IMG/VR virus record: IMGVR_UViG_3300021255_000027
Coordinates: 3,239-67,238 of that record
Reading direction: 5' to 3' (one strand)
DNA: 64,000 bases
Origin: a virus
Shown: in pieces, positions 28,598-40,300 of the stretch
Layout: each line of letters starts with the position of its first letter
Numbering within the stretch: the first letter of the stretch is position 1
Notes under the pieces: model-generated
Database searches by the model: none
Seen by the model: the letters and a program-made list of their open reading frames with translations, nothing else
What the model was told of the DNA's origin: nothing
Position numbers and translations under genes: made by a program

Positions 28598-31372
28598 CTA
28601 TCTCAATCGGTTCTGGAATCTCGTATCGTAGTCAATATCGACCCAACTGACTCGCTCGGTAGGTGACATGTCGGTGAGGATGACCAGCCTGTACCACTTG
28701 TATGAACCACCATGGAGCGAGGGGAGTACACCCCAGTGGATGTTGTCCATCGATCCGAGAAGGATATACTGGACATCCTCCCTGTTGAAGTGGCCTCTTA
28801 TCCTGATGCTACGGATACTCTTCCTTACATCGGGGACATCCATGTCAAATGGCCTTGTCACTATTACGCCCTTCATGCTCTCGGAGGTGGTTACATCCAT
28901 CTTGCCGGACAGATCCAGGACATACTGATAGTTGTTAGACTTCAGGTTGACGTATGCCTCCGGATAGTTGTTGAGAACATAGGAGAAGCGCAGTGGCAGT
29001 TGGTAGTCCTCCACATATAGCTTGTGCCATGTGTTGGTGCGAAGCATGTAGACATATTGGAAGGACTCACCACCGTTGATGAACACCAGTCGGTTGCCCT
29101 TGTAGTCGTATGCTATCCTCGCTCCCTCCATAAAGGCCATGAAGTGGGTCTCATCGGAAAGGGGATTGACGAACTTGCCCCACTTGCCGGAACTTATCAT
29201 CTGCCACTCCTTGCTTGTAGTCGGCATGTAGTAGTGCTTTCCGTTCATGAATGGCGAGATGTCCGTTATCTGTGAGCCGGATATCAGCATGACCGTCTTG
29301 TCAGTCGTGAAGACTACGGCATTGTCGATGGATGTAATGGAGTCGGGGTTGTTGCACACCTCCCTGCTCATCGGCTTGGTAGAGACTATCGTCCCATCGG
29401 ATGCCGATTCCATAGCCCAGATCCCGTCCTCAAGGAATGCATAGATAGGGAACTGACCGAACTGTCCTTCAGACAGGGCAGCAGTCGCAATGGCGCAGCC
29501 AAGCACCTTGCTGTTCATCGTGTACCTTGATGCCACGGGGAAGACAAACGGGTTGTCCATCTCGGACATGTATATCTTGTTGGGTTTGTCATCAAGGTAG
29601 CTCTCCTGTCCGGGGATGTAGGTGGCCGTCTGGGTGCAGGACTCTATCAGTTCCTTGGTGATGTCACCATACCAGTAGGCACAGTCAAGGTTCGGATGCT
29701 CGGTCATGCTCAGTGTCGCAGCACCGATGACGGCTCCCGATCCTGCCATGATATTTGCCGGAGTCCCCCAGAGAGCTTGGATATCCACCGCAAAGGCTCT
29801 GGCATCGGGACACATGATGAATCCGTAGCCGTTAGACCAGAGGGTTGTTTCGTTGAGATATTCCGCCTTGAAGAAGAAGTACTCGCTCCCTTTGTTCGTT
29901 GCCTTGATGGAGAACGATCTTCCGTAGCTGTCCCTCAGATAGTAGGTCAGCCTGAAGGCAAGGACTTCATCATGGAGATATCGGTAGGTGTATGTCGGAT
30001 GGGGTTCGTTTGACAACTGCGGATTGTAGTAATAGGTGGCGATAGGGTTATGGATGTCCATGCTCACCTCCTCGCTGATTCCCGAAGCCACGATCTTGTT
30101 GTTATAGAGTGTGGCTCTGGTGAATCCTACCTTGTAGTGCTTCATGTCAGAGAGAGTATCCAGACGGATGCCCGCAGTCACAAGGTTATCCGTGGACATG
30201 AAACCCTTGGTATCTACGATAATCCCGTTCCTTAATTCCTGTACCGTCTCTTCTGAATACGCTACAGAATATACCCTATAGAAGTTTGATGAGTCAAGAT
30301 ATCTCTGGAGGGTCGAATCGCCCTTACCAAGTACGGGTGTCCCACGCACATAAACGATTGTATTCCCTTCTTTTTGTGCTGTATAATCGTCAAGGAAATA
30401 GCTCGAAGCCCTATCAACATCTATCTGTGGGGACAGATAGATTTCAAAGGAGTCAATGATTTCTTCCCATCCGGAATAGAAATTGGCATTTTCATCCAGT
30501 CGGAAGAAAAGTTTATATGCCATGTTGAGTGTGAGGTTGAACCTCTCAACCGCTCTGTTTTCTCCCTCATGATCCCAGTAGTATCCGGATATTTCAAATG
30601 GATTCTCAAACCCTGGGGCTATCAGCACGGGGGTGGAAGCAATCCTTGTCCCATCGAAAAGCCTGATGGCAAGGACAGCGAACATCTGTCGGTTGAAGAC
30701 ACCCTGTCTTGCGTTGGATGCAAGGATTTTGTCTATCTCTTCCAGTATCCATGTACGGCTATCATTGGACAGACCGGCCTTGCTTGGAGCCTCGGCATCA
30801 TCATCGAATGTCCTGAAGATATCATTCTTCGTTCTGATGACCTCTTCTCCTGCTGTCGATGATGAAGGCACGTCATAGTTGGCGAAGGTGAAAGCAGGGA
30901 AGGGGATTGATGTCCCCAGATACTGGTACTCACCATCCTTCATCAGCACCCAGTGTGTATGGTACACCTTCTTCCCGTTATCCACGGTATAGGTCACCAC
31001 ACCGAGTGAGTTACCGAGATTGATGCAGCGATAGAAGATTTCCCCGGTCTGAAGAGTCATGAATGGAACGACTTGTGTACCGTCCCATACGCCCAGCTTG
31101 ACGAATACCCGGTCTATGTATTTGATGATGGCACGGGTATAAGTCGGGGTCTTGTGGATGAATACTGCCTCCCAACCGTTTCCCCAGCTTGAGGTAGGGA
31201 ACATGGCTATGCCCCTCTCATCCGTTTTGTCATTGACCGCCACGGGTTTGAGGGCAGGGGCCGTCTCATCGTTATCGAGAAAAACATTGAGGCTCTCAGC
31301 GCACCCTCCATCGGCAGTGTACCTGTCGGAAGGGTTGCGTGAGATCCCACGAAGTTGAAGTTGCTTAATCAT
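28598..31372 (-). CDS. tail stabilisation/nozzle protein (P22 gp10-like)
   Basis: GISRNPSD...ESLNV; SEMDNPFVFP; ALSEGQFGQFPIY; beta-propeller-like. Confidence 0.7.
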   Translation of the reverse strand: MIKQLQLRGISRNPSDRYTADGGCAESLNVFLDNDETAPALKPVAVNDKTDERGIAMFPTSSWGNGWEAVFIHKTPTYTRAIIKYIDRVFVKLGVWDGTQVVPFMTLQTGEIFYRCINLGNSLGVVTYTVDNGKKVYHTHWVLMKDGEYQYLGTSIPFPAFTFANYDVPSSSTAGEEVIRTKNDIFRTFDDDAEAPSKAGLSNDSRTWILEEIDKILASNARQGVFNRQMFAVLAIRLFDGTRIASTPVLIAPGFENPFEISGYYWDHEGENRAVERFNLTLNMAYKLFFRLDENANFYSGWEEIIDSFEIYLSPQIDVDRASSYFLDDYTAQKEGNTIVYVRGTPVLGKGDSTLQRYLDSSNFYRVYSVAYSEETVQELRNGIIVDTKGFMSTDNLVTAGIRLDTLSDMKHYKVGFTRATLYNNKIVASGISEEVSMDIHNPIATYYYNPQLSNEPHPTYTYRYLHDEVLAFRLTYYLRDSYGRSFSIKATNKGSEYFFFKAEYLNETTLWSNGYGFIMCPDARAFAVDIQALWGTPANIMAGSGAVIGAATLSMTEHPNLDCAYWYGDITKELIESCTQTATYIPGQESYLDDKPNKIYMSEMDNPFVFPVASRYTMNSKVLGCAIATAALSEGQFGQFPIYAFLEDGIWAMESASDGTIVSTKPMSREVCNNPDSITSIDNAVVFTTDKTVMLISGSQITDISPFMNGKHYYMPTTSKEWQMISSGKWGKFVNPLSDETHFMAFMEGARIAYDYKGNRLVFINGGESFQYVYMLRTNTWHKLYVEDYQLPLRFSYVLNNYPEAYVNLKSNNYQYVLDLSGKMDVTTSESMKGVIVTRPFDMDVPDVRKSIRSIRIRGHFNREDVQYILLGSMDNIHWGVLPSLHGGSYKWYRLVILTDMSPTERVSWVDIDYDTRFQNRLR

Positions 31373-31374
31373 CG

Positions 31375-34300
31375 TTACTTGGATTTGCGTTCTTTGACTA
31401 ATTTCTTAAATCTCTTGAGATATGCCTTCTCTCGTTTCTCTTCTGCCTCATCAGAGTATGCCCAGCCGGTGATTGGTGCGCCCTTCGCTACCTTGTATCT
31501 GGCATATCTTTCTGCCATCTCGCTGACAGACATCCTCTTTGCGCTGGCCGCATTCTCACCAAGCTCATCTATATAGATCTCATCCACCTGGGACTGAGGT
31601 ACTTGCAGGACTCTCATGATGAGGAGCATTGCCTCCTTCGAGGTATCGAGGTCTCCTCCGCATGCATCTACGACAGCCACGACTGCATCCGTAAGTGTCT
31701 GGGGGTTGACCCCTATTCCCGCCTGAATGGCGAGGTTTATAAGGTCATTCGCTCCTGCTACTGGATCATAACTCATCTTCTTGTAAGCCGACTTCATGTC
31801 GCTTATGATAGGCAGCAAGGAAGGATCATAGTTATTGAGGCTCTCACCCTTGGCCACCATATTAAGAGCCTCGCTCATCACGTTACCTCCGGCCAGACCT
31901 TCAATCGTTCCTCCAATCAGTCCATGGATAAGGGCTTCTGTAAGCATCTCATCCTTCTTGTCATCATCGTCTCCGAAGAGCAGATAGGCGATGCTTCCAC
32001 CAAGATTCCAGGCGAACTGGACAAGGAATCCGAAGGTTGCCACCCTTGCGGCACTTCTCCATTTCTCCCTTTCGTAGTTCCTGTTCGCTGCATGCTCGGC
32101 CTGCTCCTCGGTGAGTCCGTCACGAACCATCTGCTTGGTCATGAACTCAATGGATGCCGCCTTGTATCCCGGCTTCATCATCTTGCCGATGTTGCGGATT
32201 GCATCATGAAGCTGTCTCTGATATCCCATCGAAGAGTTACGGAAGACAGTCAGCATGGTAGCAAGGACTGTCCTATCCAACTGTACCGGAGATGTGAATG
32301 CCGCCTCATTTGACTGCTGGGTCTCATTGTACAAAGTGGTCGCATCCTGCTTGGCCTTCTTGTCTGCTTGCGCTTCAGTGTAACCATCCTTGATGTATCT
32401 ATCGTATCTACTTTGGTAGATTGAATGTGCGCCTATTGAAACGGTCAGAGCATCCACAAAGGCATTAGGAGACATACCCCATTGTGATGCCTTCTCCACG
32501 ATTTTGTTCCTCCAGAGTTTCCAATCGGACTCAGTTTTCATCAGTCTTGTGTCTCCAGCTTGTCTGGACTTCCATCTCTTCTCGAAGAGAGGGAGGTTCT
32601 CCATCGCCCAGTTCCATGCCTTCCAAGGCGTTGCCATGTTTTCTCCGAGATACTTGATGTTGGCATCGGAAACAAATGCGGGCATCGAAAGGAACTGCTT
32701 CAAAGCCGTGTACACTCTGAAGGAGATCTTTGCTGCAGTCACACCTTTGGCTATATTCAGAGCAGCAGTATCAAGATCAGACTTCTTCCCCGCAGGGTTG
32801 TATGTACCTCCGGCAACCCTGCAGACTGCTTTGAAGTTCCTCCACAACTCACTACCAGAGCCATAGACGGTTGCCATGTTCTGCACCTGATTGCGGAATC
32901 TCTTATAGGAGAGCAGGGTATTGAGGTCTTTGTTGAACTCTGCGAAGGCAGCCCACTGCTCCATCTGCTCCACATGCTCAATCACCACGGAGAAAGCATC
33001 GGCTCCAAGGAGATCAAGGTCTTGGGCATTCCTTCTTCTCTTGATAATGCTTCCAGTAGTGGTTGCAGGAAGGGCATCATCAAACTCCGGCCTTCCGATG
33101 TCTTCGGCTCTGTTGAGACTCCTCTTGTTGATCTTGAGAGGGAAGTAGTCCTCGATAGCAGCCATTGATGCTCCGAAGAGTCTCTCGTGGACTGCATTGT
33201 ATTTGTTCCTCTTGTTCACGAGGTATTCGTCCTGCAGCCAGTCTGCAAGCTCAATGAATCTGGAATCCATCTGCCTCTTGATTGCATCCACAGTCTCTTC
33301 AGTGATTCCCATCCTGCGGAGTTTCATCCTGCCATCGGTCATCTTGTTGACCATGTAGATGTACAGAAGATTGCCCTGGGTTAGATCATGCTCCTTCATT
33401 TCGCCACCATCCCACCACTTGACCTTGACGGTAGGCATCTTCCTTTCCTCTTCATAGAGATCACTCCACCTCATCTTCTTGTCGAAAACCTCGCTGACCT
33501 TGGCATCAAGTTCTTCCTTGGCCTGCTTCTCTCCGAGATAGGCATTCTCCTGCGCATCGAGCCATCCTCTGTGGAACTTGTTGAAGAGGTAGCCTTCTCC
33601 AGCCACGTTCTTCTCACCGAAGAGCCGGAGCATCTGGTCGAAGGTTGCAAGAGGCTTGGCGAAGAATCTCACGATAGAAGAGTTTGCTAGTCTTCCCATC
33701 CGGGTAGATTCCTGGAACGAGCTTGCAGACCTGCCCTGCATATCGCTATTGGCGAGGTGATGAATCTCCTCGACCCTCTGCTTCTCCCTCTCTGTGAACT
33801 CTTTCCTCGCTTCGACACTGCCTGCCATCATATCCAGCATCTTGGCCCGAAGATTACGATAGGCTTCAATGCGATCAATCTTGTTCTCCCTCAAGGACTT
33901 CTCCGCCTCTTCCACGAACTGGTTATATCCGGTTCTGGAGATGTTTCCATCACGATAGGCTTCGGCAGCCTCCTTCATCTCGTTCTTCAGGCCACGCTCT
34001 TCATTGATGCTGGCCTTTATATTCTCCTGATACTCTTGAGCGAGCATCAGTCCTGCATACTCATCTTCTGCCTCTGAACGGACTGCATCGTCCGTACTTG
34101 AAAGCCTTTCAGAGAGAGTAGAAAGCCTGCCCTTTATGGTGTTGCCATCGAACTCATCATCGGGATTTTCGATATCCATGTCAAGGCCGGCCTTGTATGC
34201 TCTGAGGATATTCTGCCCTCGGACATCAAGTTCGCCTTGGACTTCCACTCCTGCCTGATTGGTCTTGGTCGCTTTCCTATTGGCAAGCATTCCAAGTTTG

Positions 34301-37300
34301 GTCTCCTCAGATCTCATCAAGTGATCTACGATAAGACCTACCAGTGCATCAGCATTCTTCTTGACCGTCTTCGGGGCTTTGCCCACAGAGGTTGTGACGA
34401 TTCCCAGAAGCCTTGCAATCTCCCTTCTGTTGAGAGTATCGATGTTCTGATCCTTGATGATGTTCTTCGCAAGCACCGTGATGGTGTTCACGGTCTTCTT
34501 GTCATACTCCTTCTGGAGTGACATGGCCTTGATGGTGGTAAGGGCATTGTCCTCCCTTGCCGCAGCTTTATTCTCATCCTTGGTCTGCTTGGCGTCATCT
34601 GCCATAGACTCGGCTCTGTTCTCGGCTTCCTCAATATCATCAGCAAGTCTGAACCTTACAGGATCTGCGAACTCTCCGACCTGCAGTCTGCGCTGCATGG
34701 CGATGTCATTCACGGTGTCGAGGAGGTCATCGTCTTCTACCTTCCGGTCACCTCTCCAGAGGATATACCTTGCAGTCCTCTCGTCAAGGTCTCCTACATA
34801 GTCACGAAGCATGTTGGCAGCGAGTCCTGCTATTCCGGTCTCGTCTCCCTTCTCAACTGCTTCTGCTATGGCATTCTGTGTAGCCTCGGAGAAGAGGAAT
34901 CCATCTCCGGCCCTATCGACTATCCGCTCACGGATCTCCTTGGGGATTGCACGGTAGACATTGTGATAGAGTTCTGTAGCGTTCTCATCACCGATTACTC
35001 TGGTCAGTCCTCCTTCACGGGATTCGTTGAACAGATTCTGGCTCCTACGGAAGAGGACATCTTCCTTGGCTTCAGTTTCCTTGACCTTGCCGGAAGGAGT
35101 GTCACTTATCTGGACTCCTCTGTTCTCCAGTTCTTCACGGAGTGAAGGGGTGACGGTGTTGTAGGGGACTGCGATGTCTTCTCCTTCCAAAAGCTCTGCA
35201 ATCCTGTCTGCCACCTCGCTGTCAGGAACAATGCGAATCGGCTTGTCCCATCTGGAGAGAATCACCTTGCGCTTCTTCTCTTCGGGCAGTTTGCTACTGA
35301 CAGGCCCAGCATGCCATGTCATCTCTCCTACGGAGTCCTTGGCTTTCTCTGCCTTGTATCCGCTCGTCAGTTCGCTTTCGGGAACTTCCACCTCTACGGT
35401 CACCAGATTCGGTCTGTCATAAGCAGAGGTGAACTGGTCATTGAGAGGGGAGCGAGAGGTATGAATGTACGGATTATACCTTGCCTTGAGCGACTTGCCG
35501 TTACCCTTGTTAAGGGTGAAGTTGCCCTTTGCATCTGCGAGATCCGGTCTTTCAACGGCCTCCTCCCAGACACCGAGTTCAATCGGCTCTTGCATCTTGC
35601 CCTCAACCTTGGCGGCCATTGGAGGATAGAGTTGTCCATCTATCTCCTGCATAGCACGATAGACCTTGATTGTCGGCTCGGACTCCAGTCGCTCAAGTGT
35701 TGCCGGGTCGGTTACCTTGCGGAACTGAACAATCTGCTCACTCCTGGAGTACTCCTCTGTGACTTCAGGAGAATACTTCTGCCTCTTTTCATCGGACAGG
35801 GTAGACCTTCTTTCTACATTCCTTGCCTCTACCTCGCCTGCGGAATTCTCATAGCTCTTTTCTCCTGCCTTCTCTGCTGTCTTCACGACCTTGGCAGCAC
35901 GACTGACGAACTTCTTGAACTCATCATCGGAGATCCCCTTCAGATAGTTGATGAGATTCCTAAAGTATTCCTTATCCTGTTCAGTCAGGTTAGACTGGTC
36001 ATAGTTCTCTGCAAATCTAATGACCTTACTCCTTCCGACCTGGTTCAGTTTCCTTGCAGAGTTCTTCCTTGAGAAGAACCAAGCGAAGTAGGTCTCTTCG
36101 GGTTTAGACTTTAGAGCATCACGATAATAGAGTCTTTCTCCCTGCTTTGCATTCGTCCCTTTGGCAAAGCCTTCAATATGCTGAATAGCATGTTGCAACT
36201 CATGGAGGATCGTGCGAATACCTTCTTTGGTCAGTTGCCTCTGTCCATCGCTTTCCTTTGTATTGTAATCCGTATCAAGGACTATCCTATTCTTCTCCGC
36301 ACTATATGCTCCTGCCGCTACAGTATTTGCCAAATCAATAGGAATCTCGGCCAATTGCGGATATGAAGCAAACAATTCGGGGGCATCAAGTACCTCGCTA
36401 GCGATGTTGTGTTTCTGCAGGCTTACACCCTCTTTCTGCTTGGCATCGGGAATCTCATTGCGCCACTTGCCATCGGCACCTCTCTCCCAGCCAGTGGCTC
36501 TCCAGATTGTCTGGCTATCCTTGCCAGCATTCTCCATCTCTTCTGCCACCTCCAGGTTGTCCAGTGCCGCCTCATCCTCTGCGTTCTCTGCTCCGATTAT
36601 CCCACGGAGACTGAAGCGGATGTCATCACTCTCTTCGTTGAACCTTTCTGAAAGAGGGATAACATTGCCGTTGTCATCATAAGTGACAGGCTCTGCGGAC
36701 TTGATCTGGTTAGGAGCAAAGACTACATAGTCATCTGCTATCTCATCTTCACGAGAGACATTCTCTCCGAGTGTATCATAGATATCAGAGACTCTCTTGA
36801 CTATTAGGCCATCGTACCCTTTCTCCTTGGCTCTCTTTGCCCAGGCATTGGTATCCATCTCGCCCTGTGCAATTATACTCTTTTCAGAGATACCCTTCTC
36901 TTTTGTAAAGACAAGAGCCTCCGCATATGTGTCGAACTGCTCATCAATCTCTACTCCGTCCTTGTCCGAATAGACCTCATAGTAGGCAGGGAGTTGATCC
37001 CAACTCATACCTTCGGCATCAATGATTAAAGGGTTCTTGATGTTAAGGAAGACATTTAACAAGTCTCCTCCATCCTGTTGGTAGGTCTCGGCATGAGCTT
37101 TAATGTTTGTGAACCAGTATGTCCCCCTTGGACTATCCGACCACTTATGCTCATCGTTGAATTTCGTTATTCCCTTCTTGTAGGAGCCATGATAGACTAC
37201 TTTCGGCTTGCCATCCTCATCCACGACCTTAGTATCTGGCATAGCCAGGGCAGCAGCCTCTCTGACCATCTGCTGTGCCTTGTCCATGTCGCCAGCATTG

Positions 37301-40300
37301 ACGGCATCCATGTACTCCTTGTCCTGCTCAAGGGTAATCTGGCCCTTCCTGAACATTGTCTGCCCCTCCATCACGGACTCCTTCATCTCCGGGGTCACAT
37401 CAACGGAGTGCATAACAAGTGGACGGCCAGTCTCATCATAGACCTCTGACAGAGCAACATCCTGGACTTTGACTCCCCACTTCTTGCCGTACTTGTTCAT
37501 GAAGCGGGGGAGGATGTCATCATAGAAACCGTTCATACCTTCACCACCGACACGGAGACCATCACCTGAGATGGTCTGCTCTTCGGTGCTATCAAGAATC
37601 CTCTTGGCGATATCTTTCCCTACAACATCCGAGAGATTCTTTCCCACATACTGATCATCCCTGCTATTATCCGAGAGAATAGTCCCTTCCTTGTCGGTGT
37701 TGAAAAGTAGAACGTCTCCTTTGTTAAGGACGATATCTACGTTGTAGCCTTCAGATTTATAAGGGGTAGACTCAATCTTATTGACCACTCCTCCAAGATT
37801 GTACCTCTCTGCCTGCTGGTCACCAGTAGTCCACGCAATCTTGTCGTAGCCTTCCTCGGCAGCCAGACGGAGCATACGCTTCATCGCAAGCTCATGCCAG
37901 TTCTTCTCAAAGGGAGCAGCGGGAACTCTATCCCTTACCTTCCGCCATTCTTCTTGAGTCGTATTAACTGCTTGGTTAAGTTTAGCCGCCTTTTGGAATT
38001 CCTCCGGTGTGGCCTTGTTGTAGATTTTTTGCATCAAGACATAGGAGATATCGTCCTTCAAATTATACTTATCCCGCAGCTCTTTGGAATAATCCTCCCA
38101 TTCTTTTTCCGCTTTATCCCTCGCTTTCTTGACCAAACTAGTATTCTCATCCGTATATCCTCCTCTCTCCCTAGCTTCCTGATGCCTCTTGGACTGGATC
38201 TCATCAATGACGAGAACCCTACTTCTCCTCCCTTGTGGAGTGGTGCGGACTGGCCTTTCGTTCAGCCCTAGTTCTTCCTTGTATGCATCTCGCTCGGCTA
38301 TGGCTTCTCTCAATGCCGCCTCTGCCAAATCCAATTCTTCCTGATTGGTTGAAGCCTGAGCGGATAAGCCTGCTTCCCTCACTCGCTTCTCCAGAGAATC
38401 AAGCCTCTCCCTCTGTTCGGGGGTCAACTCTTTTTCATTCGACTGTTCCTCGCCCTGCTCACCGGCTTCAACCGATGTGGCATCTCCGAACCTTATCCAC
38501 GCCACGGCTCGACCTTCTCCGGCATCACCGAAGTGAATCTTGTCTCCTTCATTCCAAGGATCGATAGTCGGGACAGTCAAGGCAATCTCGGCCTTGTTAG
38601 ACAACCCAGGGGTAGTGTAATCCAGACGGACGCTATCAATAGGTCTGACCTCTGCTCCATCTAGTCCTAAGAAATATTTTGTGGCATCATTGAATTCTTC
38701 ATCGTATTCCTGCATCGGTGCAAGAGTATGTCCGTCAACCTCGAATGCAAGTCTGAAGTCATCACCATACTTCTCCACCATCTGCTCAAAGGCATACTCT
38801 GGTGCGCTTGCCCAGTAATAGGAATTCTCTACATCTCCGTTCCTCCATTCATCTGCGAAGGTATCAAACTCATCCTGATATCTTTGCAGAGCTTCTGAAG
38901 CAGCCCTTTCTGCACCTAGAATAGCCTCCTCGGAATAATGCTGTTCCTCAATCTGGATTCGGTTCTGTTCAATGAAGTCCCCTATCTCATCTTTGGTAAG
39001 GGTCTTCTTGTCGGATTCCTTGAGCCAGTCAGAGAGTCCAAGCCATTTGTCCTCGCCAGCCTTGAGTCCACCTTCCTTCTCCAGCATCTTTCTCCACTGC
39101 TCCGGTGTGGCCTTCTCCATCTTGATCTTGTCCAGAGCCATCTCTGCATTGGAGATAAATCCGTTCTGGGTCTGGTTGGCCTTGCGGAACATCACATTGC
39201 CTTCGGGTTCAATCCCCTCATCAAAGTATCTGCGAATGTCATTGATAACCCTCTCTGGCCTTGCATGATTGTAAGACGCATAATGGTCGGAATCATAGCC
39301 ATCACCGAAGTCCACATCCACATCTCCATTTGCTCTCTGGATAAGTGTCCAAAGAACATTCTCTTGGCCACTGGTAGGCTTCGTTGCTAGATTGATGACA
39401 CCGGAGTTCAGACGAATCGCACCCCTACGGATGAAGTCGCTCATGTCGGTCTCATATCCACTAGGGGTATTCAGATCTTTCTCGTAGTTAAGGTCGCTTA
39501 TGTCACGGTGATCAACCGTGCGTCCGCCATTCAACCAACTAGAGTCCTTGTTAGGGTCAACAAGATGACGGCCACTGAAGTCAAGCATTGATCCATCAGG
39601 AATCACATATCCTGCCTCGGATAGATTCTTTGTTACTCCGAAAGTCTTCTTCGCCCGCTCGAACAACTCCTCGCTCTTCTCATCAACGATAGGCTCAACC
39701 TTGCGGAATTGGACATTCTCATCAAGAGGAAGGGTGCGGACTTTCTGTCCATCCTTCCATTCTTCCCTGAGGATGAGGTCACCTTCCTTGTTCCACTGCT
39801 CCTGCAGACCATCCACTTCTCCATCCTTGAAGTCTCCCCTCAACCACAACTTACCATTCTCATGGTATACCTCTTTCATCCCGTTTCGTTCTCCCTCAAC
39901 ATAGTGGGTTCTTGTTTGGATAGTTCCATCGGGATAATAGTATTCTACAGTGCCATCAAGTTTGCTCCCGTGGTATTCCTCCCTCTTGTGCAGTTTCCCA
40001 TTTGCACGGAATTCTTCCTCCACTCTCTTCTCCTTTCCGTTGCTATCTAAAGGCAAATAAGTCACTCTTCTTCCTATCCCTATATGGGCTTTGATTCCCT
40101 TTTCTGCTCTCCAGGAAACATAGTCCTCGTAACCGGCCAGAGTCCCTTCCTCATCAAAATGTTGAATAAATTTAGGCTCTCCTGTCTCATAATATTGTAT
40201 ATGGTCTCCAACCGTTTTCCCCTCCTTCGCTCGCCACTCATAACTTTTGTTTCCATTTCTATACCAGCCGACTTGCTCTCCATCCCTATCTCCCTCCTCA

